A DNA stretch of 64,000 nucleotides from Leucoraja ocellata. Lineage: Eukaryota. The DNA lies in assembly GCA_036785375.1 (NCBI GenBank), contig JAWMAR010000016.1, positions 10,354,001-10,418,000 on the forward strand, written 5' to 3'. Shown one piece after another: positions 1-15,200 of the stretch. Under the pieces are notes generated by a model. That model had not been told where the DNA came from. It ran no database searches and worked only from the letters and a program-made list of their open reading frames with translations. Position 1 is the stretch's first letter, and each line of letters starts with the position of its first letter. The position numbers and the translations under genes are program-made.

Positions 1-110
1 AACCTTTGCAATCTTCATTACAAAAACAACATGAAGCTTGTCATCCTCAGAAGATCACTTGAATAATCACACTGATTTAGTTTTGGCACAAATAGCAAAA
101 GGATACTTAC

Positions 111-261
111 TGCCTTCCCACGTGCAGTGTAATAGGTTAAGGGCCCCTTCCACTCTCTTCCAGTGCTGAAGGTGAAAGAAAGCATATGCTACTGCTTCAC
201 TGTCTCCCCGCTTCAGAATGTGTTCCGGTGGTAAAATTAAACTTTTCATTTCTAGTAAATA
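111..261 (-). CDS. ST7L: ST7L coding exon ([50 protein letters not shown])
   Basis: ccgtag| ... |gtaagt; 151 nt; overlaps ORF 67..249. Confidence 0.95.
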
Positions 262-3200
262 CTACGGAAAATAAAGAAAGGGAACACTGATTATAGATAT
301 ATTTAAAAAAAAAGAAAGAAGCATTATCAAATGTAATTATCTTTAAATGCATTGAGGTAGAAGAGACAAAAATGGGAGGTATTATGAAGAGGGATGGCTT
401 CCGAAGGTGAAGTATGAACACTGAAGTTGATTTTCGCTAATTTTTCACACCAAGCTGACATGAAATCCCTTAAACTCAAAGTGGATATTTTGGACAATCA
501 CTGTGCTCTCGGGTAACGTTGTAACTTTACTCCGGTGAGAAATTAGTATCTTCAGTATTGAAGTAATCTTATTCCTTTGAACTCATTTTTAAATCTTTCT
601 AACTTATTCACTTTACGATCTCTTGAATGCCCCCACACTTCATCCAACTCCTATTCCTCATCATTCCATACATCCTGAGGGTTTTGGGGCGCCATAAAGG
701 GCCATGTTATGTAATGGAACTAGTAATTCATTAACAAAATTATTTGCTCTCAGAAACTACACTGAAAACAGTGACAATATAAAGATAATGATAATCTTGA
801 AACCTTGATTTATATTACATTTATTTCTTAACTAGTTGTCAGCCACAGTTGTACAAGATGTTGGTAAGCTCACATTTATGATACTGTGTATCATTTTGGT
901 TTCCCTCCTACAGGAGGAAATGTGATTAAACATATTGGTTCAATGGCTCTTTATTACCACATATACAGTGGCCTCCATAATCTTTGGGACAAAGACCCAT
1001 CATTTATTTATTTGTCTCAGTACTACACAAAGTGCATGTTGTCAAATTTTATTAAAGGCAATTTTTATACATTTTGGTTTCACCATGTAGAAATTACAGC
1101 TGTGTTTATACATAGTCCCACCCCCCCCCCCACGCATTTCAGGGAACCATAATGTTTGGGACACATGGCTTCACAGGCATTTGTAGTTGCCTCCTTAATG
1201 CAGATATCAGAGAGCTCTCAGCACATAGACTTTCCTCCAGTCTTTCCATCACTTTTGGAAACTTTTATTGCTGTTTGTCAACATGAGAACTAAAGTTGTG
1301 CCAATGAAAGTCAAAGAAGCCATTATGAGACTGAGGAACAAGAATAAAACTGTTAGAGACATCAGCCAAACCTTAGGCTTACCAAAATCAACTGTTTGGA
1401 ACATCATTAAGAAGAGAGCACTGGGGAGCTTACAAATCGCAAAGGGACTGGCAGGCCAAGGGAGACCTGGTGACAGAAGAATTCTCTCTTTTATAAAGAA
1501 ATACCAACACCTGTCCGACAGATCAGAAACACTCTTCAGGAGTCACGTGTAGATTTGTCATTGACCACTGTCTGCAGAAGACTTCATGAACAGAAATACA
1601 GTGGCTACACTACAAGATGCAAAACTGGATAGCTGCAAAAATAGGATGGGCAGGTAACAGTTTGCCAAGAAGTACTTTAAATAGCAACCACAGTTCTGGA
1701 AAAAGGGCTTGTGGGCAGATGAGACGAAGGTTAACATATCAGAGTGATGGCAAGAGCAAAGTATGTTGGAGAGAAGGAACTGCCCAAGATCCAAAGTGTT
1801 CCACATCATCTGTGAAACACGGTGGTGGGGTGTTATGGCCTGGGCATGCATGGCTGCTGAAGGTACTGGCTCACTTATCTTCATTGATGATACAACTTCT
1901 GATGGTAGTAGCATAATGAATTCTGACATGTATAGACACATTCTATCTGCTCAAGTTCAAACAAATGCCCCAAAACTAATTGGCTGGGGGTTTATTCTAC
2001 AGCAAGACAATGATCCCAAACAAACTGCAAAAGCAAGAAAGGAGTTTTTCAAAGCTAAAAAATGGTCAAATCTTGAGAGGCCAAGTCAATCACCCAATCT
2101 GAACCCAATTGAGCATAAATATCACTAAATATGACTTATTTACAACATTGTTGTGTCCCAAACGTTATGGTCCCCTGAAATGGGGGGGGGGGGGACTATG
2201 TATAAAAAACATGGCTGTAATTTCAACATGGTGAAACCAAGCTGTATAAAAATTGCCTTTATTAAAATCTGACAATGTGCACTTTGCCCCCATGTAATTT
2301 TTTCTATTACAAATCTCAAATTGTGGAGTACAGAGGCAAAATAAATAAATGATGGGTCTTTGTCCCAAACATTATGGAGGACACTGTACATAGGTTCAGT
2401 GAAATTCCTTTTGCATAAAGTTCAGCAACTTAACTATACATAAGCACAATCCTCGATTAAGTACAAAGTATATAGAAATAGTCCACTGAGACCATATACA
2501 AGAGTTACACGGTTTTGACACCATTTTCAAAGTCCAAGTTTAAGTGCAGATGAGTCAGAGGTTGGCTGTAAGTGCAAAGATCCACGCTGTTGCCCTGTCT
2601 GTGCCGCTGCAGGCCAACATCAGGCTCCTCCACCGCTGATCCAGCCCTCTCTGTGCGCTGCATGCCACATCCTTCCCTCGGTCCTCCGCATTTTGTCTCT
2701 TGGAGCGGTGCCCAATACAATCGAGCCCCTGGCTGGCTGGATCGGCCAGCAAACCGTCATCCCGAGGGCACAGACAGTAGCACTGACTTCCTCTTGCCTC
2801 CAGCCTACTCTTATTCTCCGGTCCTTGGGGACGAGCAGGTCCGGGCCTGGCAGATTCCTTCTACAGGAGCGATTTCTCGGCTCCGAGGCGTGTGAGCCTG
2901 GCCGTCTCTTCCCTCAATCAACCATGTATGTCAATTAAAAACGATACCAATTTTATCCTTTTCTTCTCAGTACTTCATGTTACAAATTATTTCACATTCT
3001 ATAAATGGTTCTCACTGCACATAGCCATCCAGCTTCAATCTTTACCTCCACCATCCTCTCCCCTCACCTGGCTCCACGTGTTCCATTCTTTTCTCCTTAC
3101 CTGTCAATACCTATCACCATCTCCTAACTCTACCCCACTCCCCCATCTGACTTTATTTAACACCAGCCAGCCCTGCCCCATCCTCTCACTTCTTTATACA

Positions 3201-6200
3201 GGCTCCCTCTCTTCTACAATCTCAGTCCTGTTGCAGGATCTCAATCTGAAACATTGACCTTCTCTCCACCCGCACGGATCCTGCCGGATTCGCGGATTTG
3301 TTCCAGCAGTTAGTTTTTTTCCTCTAGATTATAGCATCTGCAGTTTCTGATATTACTGAGAATACTGCCTGAGAAAATTTGAGCATCACTTCACACTCTT
3401 TTAGTAACGTTTTAATTTGTCACTATTTCCCAAAGTGCATTGCTTGGATGCATTCCACGGACTGCCTTGCCGTTATAATTGTGATTGCAGTCTCTCTTTC
3501 AATATGCAGCATCTTTAGAAAGCAGAAGGAAAAGCATGAGCAGAATAAGACTGCAAAAGCAAACTTACATTTATATAATACACTGGGAATTCCAGGCAAT
3601 TTACAGCCAATTTGAAAAGGACACAAAGTGCTGGAGTCACTCAGCAGGTCAAGCAGCATCTCTGGACAATAGACAATAGGTGCAGGAGTAGACCATTCGG
3701 CCCTTCGAGCCAGCACCGCCATTCAATGTGATCATGGCTGATCATCCCCAATCAGTACCCCGTTCCTGCCTTCTCCCCATATCCCCTGATGGAGAACATG
3801 GATAGGTAATCAAGTTGAGACCCTTACTCCAGCACTTTGTGTCCTTTTGTGTATTAACCAGCGTCTGCAGTTCTTTATTTCTACACAATGACACGCTGCC
3901 GTAATGTAGGAAGCATAACAGCAAATGGTCAAAGAACAAAATCCATTACATTGCACTGAGATAAATCATCGCAAAACTTGTTTTAGTTACGTTGGCTGAG
4001 AGATAAACATTGGTCAGGATACTTGGAGAATTCCTTGCTTATCTCCAAGAAGTAGCATTACAAGATCATCTAAAATTCCAAACCTCTGGGAGTGTAACAC
4101 CCTTGTGACAAAATGAACTTGAATAAATACTCTAAAGTGAAAATTCTGCCTGGATTAGGGGAAGTGCAGCTAGGTCGATTTCTCTTCAAAAGAGCTGGCA
4201 TACAAACATCTAGTTTTTCCATTGAATTTTGCATCACTTCAGTCAACTCAAATCAGATTCAGATTCAATTTTAATTGTCATTGTCAGTGTACAGTACAGA
4301 GACAACGAAATGCATTCGGTCAACTCAAATCACTTTGCATTGAAGTACTTTTGATGAGAACCATTAATGAGATCTTCACGAATACATGACAGTTTGATTT
4401 AAGTATAAAAGAGTTAAAAAAGAGAATGTAATTGTCACCATTTTGATTCACAGTTTCTGTATTAAAGTTATCACTTTTTATGATCGACTGTGAGAAGGAG
4501 CAAAATGGGCAGGACAGTCATAGATGTTGTTTGATTGGCTGTGAAGATTGGAGAAACGCAGCCTGAAATGTTTGTTTTGTGCATTGACTGTCGAATAAAT
4601 AATTGGAATATAATGCTAGATTGCGAATGTCTTTTGGAAAAAACATGTCGATTCGTAAATTCATAAGTCATAGGAGCAGAATTAGGTCTACTCTGCCATT
4701 CAATCAGGGCTAATCTATCTATCCCTCTCAACCCCATTCTCTTGCCTTCTCCCTGTAACCACTGACACCCTTACTAATCAAGAACCTATCTATATCCACT
4801 TTAAAAATACCCAAAGACTTGGCTTTCAAAGCCGCCTGTGGCAATGAATTCCACAGATTCACCACCCTCTGGCTAAATAAATTAATCCTCATCTCCTTTC
4901 CAAAGATAAGTCCTTTTGTTCTGCGGCTGTGCCCTCTGGTTCTAAACTCTCCCACCAGTGGAAACATCCTCTCCACATCCACTGTATATCCAGGCTTTTC
5001 ACTATTCGGTAAGTTTCAATGAGAGCGCCCCTCATCCTTCCAAACTCCAGCGAGTACAGGCCCAGAAACGACAGCACATCCCTCCTCAGATATGGGGTGC
5101 AAAACTGCTCCCCATACATTAAACCCTCATTACAAAGGACCATGGGGGAAGGGAATTTTGTCCGCTATTGTTGATTATCCACTATAACCAAATAATATTA
5201 AGTAGCTTAAAACAAGGCTGGGTGGGGAGAAATGTGGCGCCGTGAGTAAACCAGGGGTGATTCACAGGTCGGGGATGCCGTACAGCCCCATGGATGCCCA
5301 CGCGGTGTACTAGAGACGGGTACAGGACTCACGTCGCCATCATACTGCTCGCTCTCTCCGCTCCCGCAGTTGGAAACATGTCAGCTTGTTGGGTAACCAG
5401 GCAGAAGTGGTGCAATGGGAGCCTTGCGCTGTTACCTGGTGAGCGAGGCGCACGTTGCCAGGGCGACGCAGGATCGGTGACATGTGCTGCGTCTACATCC
5501 AACACCCCAGGACCTTGCTTTGCTGCAGCCATTGTAAACCCATGCCCAATGCAATGCTCCTAAAGAGTTATTTTACTGCTTGCTCGCTCCCTGACGCCAC
5601 CTTTCCTCCGCCCAGCCTGCACTGCGAGTCACCCACCAGCCACCATCTGGAACGGTGTCTCAGTCCCCAGTAACTGAAATCCATTATAGAGGTTCGTAAT
5701 AATGAGTGTAGACTGTATTCCAAACACGGTCAGACCAGTGTCGTATAAAGCCTCAGCATTACATCCCTGCTCATGTGTTCAGTGAAACGGTTGCCAAGTC
5801 TACACTTGATCTCGCCAATGTACAAGAGGCCACAAATGAAGCGTCTCCATTCAATTTCAGAACCTTCTCAGAACCAAAGATACTAGAGGAGCTCTAGTAT
5901 CTTTGCTCAGAACCTGGAAGACTTGCTACAATAATTTCATCCAAACTATGCAATTTTCACCATCTCACCCCAAACTGATTTCACACAACCTACAACCAGA
6001 GGCAATTATTGACACAGATGCGATTTTTGCAACAATCACACAGATTTGTGGCTTTTGTTGCCATGAAATAAATTTTTATTTCCACATTTAAAAACAACTG
6101 GATTAAATACTTAAATTAGTATCAGCATCAACTGTCATTTGATATTTACGTTTTAAGTACCTTGGGTTAAACACACACTATGTAAAAACGTTACTGAGCC

Positions 6201-9200
6201 ACTTGTCTAAGAAAGGTCATGGATATGGAGCTAACATTTGGTCCGATTACATAAACGATTCACAACTTATTTTTCATTTGGATCAGTCAAACATCTCAGC
6301 AGATGTCTGTCTGATAAAAAGTGATCAACCGGACATGTTAACTGGTTCTCTCACCAAAGATGCTGCCTGACTTACTGAGCATTTCCAATATTTTTGTTTT
6401 TTTAATTTAAAATTTCAAACATGTTTTTTTTTTGCTTTAGATCTGATTTTGTGGGGGTGGGATGTGTTGATTAAAAGCACAAAATCGACAGTAAATAATA
6501 CATAAAGAGTCTTGAAATTGTAATGTTATCTCTGTTTCTCTTTCCACAGATTCAGCATGACCTGCTGAGTACTTCCAGCATTTTCTGTTTTTAATTTAGA
6601 TTTCCAGCATCCGCGGTTTGAAAAAAAAGGTTTTTATTTGTCGAGTTCACTGCCATTTCTCTTCCAGAATTCAGATGAAGGGTTTTTGACCTGAAATATT
6701 CTCAGTTTCTCCTTCTACCAATGCAGCTTGCTTGTTGACCTGCTGAGTATTTCAGCATTTTCTGATTTTATTTTAGATTTTCAGCATCTATAGCTTTTTT
6801 GATTTTGACTAATGCATCTTGTTTTGGGAAATGTCACAAACGATAGGATTATTTACTAATCCGTTTTTCACACTGAGAAGTTTCCAGATTCATTTTCTTA
6901 AGGAATGCACTCAAGGTTTCTGAGACCCCTTTAGATAAAGTAGATTTACTGCCTCAGTAAGTTCCCTTGGAGCATTAAGACCTACACTCAGGTGGCTAAT
7001 ACTGACGCTAATCCTGACTAATCCCCCTTCAGTCTGTTTTACAGAGCAAGGATCACTGACGGACATTTAAGTTGTTGTGGGAAAGCTTGCCTGAATACCT
7101 GACCTCTGGTCTGACTCCTCACCCGCTTTGCAGCGATTGTGGCTTTGACTCCATTATGCCATTTTCTTGAGAACGGAAGCCAAAAAAACCTCATACATTT
7201 GCTTAATTAGGCTCAACTGTGAAAAACAAAATACAGCCACTTGGCAAAGGGGGTTGTGGAATATTTATGAAAATATATTAGACCACTCATAAAAAATGTA
7301 CTTCAATTGCTGAATTATTAACACGATAAGAATGCCAATTTTACAGTTACTGATTTAATCAGAAGCAAAAACATCCACTGAGATCACAAGATAAAGGAAA
7401 TCCAACTGGTAACATTTAAAAGTTTTGTAATATTGTGCACATGCATTTATACACAAGAGTTATATATTATTTTAAAACACATTCTCCCTCTTAAGCTGTT
7501 TTCTCCCTAAAGGCACAGTGGGTGAAGAGTATGACACACTATCTGAGCCTGTCTGCAGCCAAGAGGTGCAGTGCTTGATCAGTCATGCACACAACAACCA
7601 ATTTCACTCCGCAATTAGCTTTCTCTGCTAACACTGTTTTGAGAGATGGGCACACACTGGGATAAACACAGACCCCTCAAGGTTACAGTTATTCATATCT
7701 ACTTAATGAAACAGCTGTATTTGTCAAAGATTAGACACTCAAATCCACACTCTGACTCTCAAGGCTGCTGCTTCCCTACTATATACCTTATTACCACAGA
7801 TGTCGAAAGCCTCCAAAAGGGGCTCCCAAAGGCCATATCTCATGACCTCTTACATACTGTGTTATTTTCACATCCTTGAAAAGTCAGTGATAAACAGACA
7901 TATAGTTTAGGGAAAAAGTATAAATCTCTGAGAAAACACCGAGTGTGATACTGTGTCAATGACGTGCACTTTGCCTACATGTACATAGTCAGGTTTCTAA
8001 TTGTTTGTTCCCTTTTCTAGTTTCCTTATTTTTTGTTAATCTCCCAGTTCAGGATGGTGAGGGATTAGTGGGAAGTACACAAGACTGGTCTTTGGCAATA
8101 ACATGGAACAACATGTCATTTTACACTGTGCCGACTTTGATTTCCCATCAATTGGCAACACCAATCAATTTCATTCCATTGAGTACAAATCATTTTTTTA
8201 TTAATGCATACTCTCCTCAAATCATTAAGACATTACGAGATTCCACTACGAGATGACAATCTGGGTGTTAATTGTGATAAGGAATACGACACAGGTACAT
8301 ATACATACAATACATACTAAAAGATTATGAAAGCTTTTTAAGAAGCGGCAAAGAAGATCTACGTGGATAATCAAAGAACGGAGAGAACATACTCATCAGA
8401 AAAGACTGAATACGCAGGGTCACTTTTCTCCAGAAAGAAGGTAGGTCTCCAAAGCTAGTAAAAGGATTTGGTAGATATATTTTTGGGCAAAATCAGAATT
8501 AGGGTGACCTATAATCCAAAGTGAATTCAGGAGAAACCTTTTGATCCACAGCATATTAAGAATATGGAATGTGGTATGTGGTGGGTTAGATGAAGAGGAA
8601 ACATGATAAATACTTAAGGAATAAACAAGAAAATACTCAAGGAAGAAAAGAGTAGACAGATTGGGGCTAAATAAAGAGTCTTTGCAGGGACTGCAGCTCA
8701 CTGGGCCTGAATGGCTTTTTAATATGGGATACTCAAAGATACTAGAGGATGGTCGATAGAATTGTTGCCAATGTTGAAATAAAATACTCATTAAAAAGCT
8801 TAAAAGCTACCTTCAAATTGTAGATTTTTTTAAATTGCTTCAATCTTATCATTACAAAGCTAATATATAAAATTCATTTCCCCCCTTGGCCTTGAGATGT
8901 TGAGGATTAGCCATCACTTTGATCACTGCAGCCCCTGTTGCGAAGGTATTCCCAATGGGACTTCGTGACAATAATTCCTGTTTCTGTTCTGATATGGTAC
9001 ATATTTTTTCAAGAAAATAAACCTTATTTGCATTGATAGTAATGGAATGAATAATTCTTCACTTATTGTACTTCATACGAGCAATGATGATTATGCTAAT
9101 AACCTCCAAGATGGTGATTTAGATGGTACCAAATTAATGGATGATTTAAGAGAGCAATATTCCATTTAATTTATGTCCGCAAAATCCACAGTGGCTCAGT

Positions 9201-12200
9201 GGAAAAACTGAAAGGACAATGAGCGATTAAAAACTGGAAAGGTTCTAGATTTTTACTTGTAGGCTATCCTGACCTCAGCTAGGACAACCTGAAGGGTGCC
9301 ATAAATTTTCACTACACATCTGGATTTGGAAGGTAAGAAAAATCTGCTATGACTCTCACTCTCTACCTACATTTCCTGTAGTCATCTATATGGGAAATTA
9401 GCTTGGTTGGATTCTATGTGTGAACAGACTGGGCATTGTAATATGCTGAAACAAAAAGACACAAAGTACTGGTGTAACTGAGCGGCTCAGAGCATCCCTG
9501 GAGAACATGGATGGAATTTTTAAACTGCTGCTCAGGTCGTGCTGCGCGCTCCGCTGGGCTCCTTGAAGTTCTAGAACATGGCAGCAGCGGTCGTTATCAA
9601 CGGGCACGGGGCAGCGCGATGGGAAGGTGGCCCGGGCAGCCATTACTCCCTCTGGGAGAGGCCGTTTATGGAGACCTGCGATTCCTCCATCGATCGCAGG
9701 GACTCAGGGAATTTTGACTCCTTTTCATGGCTGGTGATCCCGACCCCACCTGGCGATCTCTGGCCGTCACGGGGGACGACCTTCTCTCCGTCTCCCCGGC
9801 CCGATTGTCTGTCACGCGGGTGGGTGGGAAGCCACGATCGGCCTGCCCTCCACTGCATGGAGAGGGGTCCCGCCCGCTCAGCGTCCGCCTGGCCTCGGCC
9901 TCGCTCGGGTCCACCCCCGCCCACAGCCTCGCTCAGGCCCAGCGCCTGGTGGGGAACTATTTAGTGGAAACCCTGAAGCACGTTTTTTTTTCAGGACTAT
10001 GTATGGTTTAACTCCATAAGAATAGATTTGAGTTTGACAAACCTGGATCCTCTGGCTGTTTGGTCAAATCCTCACACTTAACCACAGGAGCCTCTGAGGA
10101 AACAACGGCCTTCAAATCTCAAAATCAGAATTGGAATCTAAAATAGGACCAATGCAAAAATTGGACCCATGACTCAATAAATAGTTTTAATGGAATATTT
10201 TCAATGCAACAACGACCAAAATTATTGTTAACTTTCTGGTACAGTTCTCATCCATTTTTTTTTAAAGCTTACCACGTACAGGAATAGATTGGGTGAATGC
10301 GCAGTGTATTTTAGCCAGAGTAGGGCAATCAAGAACCAGAGGACACAGTTTTAAGGTGAAAGGGGAAAGATTTAATAGGAATCAGAGGGGCAACTTTATC
10401 ATACAGAGGATGGTGGGTATATGGACTGAGCTGCCAGGGGAGGTAGCTGAGGCATGTACCACAACAGCATTTAAAAGACATTTGGCAGCTATATAGATAA
10501 GAAAGGTTTAGAGAGATATTGGCCAAACGTAGGTGGGGCATCTTGGTCGGCGTGGTCAAGTTGGGGGGAGAAAAAAGAGGAGGGAAGAGACTGCAGCCCT
10601 AAGATTTTTGCCTCCATCACAGTGAGGAGGTGCTTGGTGGACTCACTGTGGTGGATGTTAATTTGTGTTTACTGTCTTTTTCTGTTCTCTATTATTGTAT
10701 TATTGTATGTATGACTACAGGCATGAAATTTCGTTCAGACTGAAAGGTCTGAATGACAATAAAGGAATTCAATTCAATTCAAAAGTCCATTTTATGCTTA
10801 AGACAAGAATGGGAAAATGGCACATGATTTTCCCCCCCTCAATTTTGCAACTACTCAATAGCCTTTCAGCCCGTCAAATGTGTATCCTGGCCCATACATC
10901 CAGTCAATCAAACCATTGAGAAAGTAGCACCATCAACATCAAGCAACATTGCCCAGCTTGGACAAAGTTAAGCAACTTGGTCATTTTTTTTCTTATTTGT
11001 TTAGAACATAGAACAGTGCGGCACACAAACAGGCTCTTTGGCCCACAATATCTGTGCCAAACATGATGCCAAACACCATCACTTATCTACCTGCACATAA
11101 CTCATCTCTCTTCACATCCATACGTTTAACCAAAAGTCTTTTACATGCCACTAATGTGTCTGCTTCGACCATCGTCCCCGGCAGCACAATCGAAGCATTC
11201 GCCCCCGTTGTAAAATACTTGCCCTGCACATCTCCTTTAAACTTTGCCCCACTCTCCTTAAATGTATGCCCTCTAGTATTTTATTTTTTCCATCCTGGAA
11301 AAAAGATTCTGATTGTCTACCCTTCATTTCATATTTCTATATACCACTATCAGGACATCCGCAACCTCTGGAGTTCTAGACAAAACAATCCAAGTCTGTC
11401 CAACCTCTCCCTGTAGCTAATACCCTCTAACCCAGTGGGTCCCAACCTTTTTTTGGCCATGCCCCACCTAATCACCTCTAAAATCCTGATGCCCCCCGCC
11501 CCCCCCATGTGGTGATATATAATTCTTATAATTTAAAAAGTGAACTCCGTTTCAGCTGAAGAAGCTTAAAACGCCAATACCTTGGTTTAAACAAGCTTCA
11601 AAAGAACATGGCATCCATGAAAAAGAAAAATGAAATAAACAAAAGACAGTTAAAGTTCTGAGCAAGAAATTACTAAAAAATTGTAAAAAAAAAAAGAAAA
11701 AACATTAGGTGGAAATTGCCCCCCATAAAAATCAAATTGCCCCCCTGTGGGGAACCACTGCTCTAACCCAAGCATCATTTCAGGAAACCTCCTCTGCACC
11801 TTATACAAAGCATCCTCATTGTTCCTGTAATGGGGCAACACAATATTCCAAATGTGGCCTAACTAAAGCCCTATGAAGCTGCATCAAGACTTCCTGACTC
11901 TTATACTCAAGGCCCCGACGTATGAAAGCAAGCATACCACATTCCCTCTTCACCACTTTCAGGGAATTATGGACTTGGACTCAAGATCCTTCTGTACATC
12001 AATGCTGTGAAGGGTCATGCCATTAATTGGTTATTCAGACAATGCAACCATGATACTAACAAGCCAGTGCATAAGAGGAATTCTCATATCCCCTTGGCTC
12101 TTTTGTCTATCAAGTTTAGTGGAGATTGATGCTCGCACTGTTATTTCATTGGTGGCCCTGGAACAAACAGTTTGGGGTCACCGTGAAAGCTATAGGAAGA

Positions 12201-15200
12201 GGTATGCAAACGACAATTAGCAAATCAGACATTACAATTTACTGAGCAAAGCATAACTTGAAAACTTGCAATTTGAAATCATACATTACCCATTTTGCAC
12301 CAAATGTGCATTTCCTATTTTGTGCTGTGAACATAATTCATGTGAATAACTACTGAATGTAATCTTATTTTGTCACACCTCAGCTTTACCAGTACCAAAA
12401 AGTTAAAGAGTTATAAAATGAACAATTTTCTGATGTGCTTAGCCACTTGCTGCTTTACACAAATTCTACATTCAACAAGAATAACCAAGCAAAATTATTC
12501 AGTAGACAGGGTAATTTAATGGAAGTCCTGAATAGCATTTGTGCAGCATTTTGTACGGTGTAACTTTAAAGCTGATGAAGAGTGTGGTGCTCTGCCTGTG
12601 CAATATAAGTTAAAGCTGGAAGCTATTAGTTGTAAGGTGGATCAAATAATTCTCTTTAGACCAATTTGCTGTTGGTCATTGAATAAGCTGGGGAGGAGAG
12701 GGTCCAGCTTAAATTGAGGCACAGGTGCTGGCAGCCCTATTGATGTTGAGCCCCAGCTCCTGCTGTGCCTTCTACACAGCGGATTACACCATCTTTTGCA
12801 AAAATAAGGCACATCATGCAAGGGATCTGTGACTGGCAATGAGTAGCAGGGAAAAAAAACCCACGACTGAAATGAATAGTTAGCTCCAGCAATATCAAGC
12901 AAGCAGCAGTGCTTTCTGAAAACAGTTTCACAGCTGGATTAACTAAGCACCTTGTAAGCATGTGGAGACAAAATTCCTTTCATCAGAGACGGTTGCAATG
13001 GTAGAGTATTTTGTTGTGTCTTGTAAATGTCCAGTTTCATCCATTCTACCTTTGTCGACTGAAGTTATTGCAATATCAATTAGCCATGAGGTTATAGGAG
13101 GAGATGAGATTCGCCACCCTCGGCAAAAAAAAAAATGATTATGTACCGCAGTTTGAAATAAAGTCCCTTTTCTTGAGTCTCTGTCCCCGCATTCATGACT
13201 CTCCCACTCATGAAAATATCTCAATATCTAGCAATGTCTCGGCCTCTTGAGATCTTATACATTCCAATACGATAACCCTTTATTCTTTCAAACTCCAAAA
13301 AAATGTAGGGCCTTCTTCATTAGCCTCTTGAGAACAATGCTCACATCTGTGATTAGCCCGGTGAATTTCTTTACTTTCAGTATCCTTTCTTAGGTAGGAA
13401 AACCTAAACTGGGTGTTGTACTCTGGGAGTTGCCTCACTAACACCCTGCACAATCGCAACAAAACTTGGCCATTCCTATTTATGCAATGTATCTACAATT
13501 TATTCTTGCATCTATCATTGCCGTGTATGCTGTTTACTCTATGAGCTTCGTGCAAACAAGGAATTTCATTGCACCCTGATGCCGATAATAAAAAATCTGA
13601 ATCTAAACTCCAACTTGCAATAAAGAGCTATGTGCTACTTGTTTTCTTAACTACTTGCTGCACCCGCCTGCTAACATTTTGTGATTCATGCACAAGAACA
13701 CTTAGATTTCTCTGAACTTCACTCAGTTGCAGTTGTTTATCATTTAGATTAATAATCTGCCTTTCAAATCCTTTTCCAAATTACATGACCTCAAACATTT
13801 CCTACATTCAACACCATTTGCCAAGTTATTGACCACTCATTCTATCTATCCATCCCAGTGAAGTTTCGCATATTCCAGATTCAGGAACAGCTCCTTACGG
13901 TCTTCAAGTAACCTAGGGTGCACCCTCGATCTTTTAACCAGCCTCGTTGTGGACATTGGGATTTTTCTCTGCAACTGTAAAGCTATAATGCTGTTTTTAC
14001 TGCACTAGTATTTTTTTCTTTGATCTAGTCAAGAGAGTTTATTGTCATGTGTCCCAGATAGGACAATGATCTACCAGTTGCACGTGCATGGCATATATAT
14101 AGTATGATATGGCTGGATAACATGCAGTGTGTTTAATTAATAATAAACCAATACAAGGATTGACAAAGGAAAGTTAGTAGATGTTGTTTACTTGATTTTC
14201 AGAAGGCCTTTGATAAGGTGCCACATGTGAGGCTGCTAAACAAGTTAGGAGCCCGTGGTATTACAGGAAAGGTATGAATATGAATAGAAGATTGGCTGAC
14301 TGGCAAAGGCAAAGAGTGGGAATAAAGGGGGCCTTTTATGGTTGGCTGCCGACAACTAGTGGTGTTTCGCAGGGGTCGGTGTTGGATCGCTACTTTTCAC
14401 ATTATATCTTAATGGTCTGGATGATGGAATTGATGGCTTTGTGGCCAGGCTTGTGAGTGATACGGAGATATGTGAAGGGGTGGATAGTGTAGAGGGAGTC
14501 TACAGAAGGACTTGCACAGGGAGAGTAGGCAAAGAAGTGGCAAATGGAATACAGCGGTGCAGGAAGTGTATGGTAAAGCACTTTACTGGAAGGAATAAAG
14601 GGATAGACTATTTTCTAATTGGAGAGAGGATTCAGAAATCAGATGGAGAAAGAAACTTAGGAGTGCCGGTGCAGGATTCCCAAAAGATTAATTTGCAGTT
14701 TGTGTTGATGGTGATGAAGATGGTAATGCTTGCATTGATTTTTAGGGGACTAGAAGGGTGTAATAATGAGGCTTTATACTGGTCAGGTCCCAGATGGAAT
14801 ATTGTGAGCAGTTTGGGGCCCCATATCTGAGGAAGGATGTGGCAGCACGGGGGGAGGGTTGAGAGGAGGTTTACAAGAATCATCCCATGGATGAGTGTGT
14901 TAACGTACAAGGAATGTTTGATGGCTCTTGGCCCCTCACCTGTCAGGACATGGACAGAGTCCCCCTAGTTCACACCTTTCACCCCTTCATCCATCACATA
15001 ATCCGCCAACATTTTCACCACCTCCAGCGGAATCCTATGTGACCAACAGTCACATCTTCCCATCTCCACTCCTTTTCATTTTCTGCAGAGACCGTTCCCT
15101 CCGCAACTCCCTGGTTAGCCCGTCCGTTCCCACACAACAACCCCCTCCCTAGGTACTTTGCCCTGTAACCGCAGGAGATGCAACATCTATGACTCCTCCC

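Noticed and set aside
9398-10011. CpG-rich island with several ORFs, considered as an internal promoter or nested gene
   Set aside because: Starts directly after a Penelope-tail fragment and resembles other GC-rich repeat bodies; no supporting gene structure.
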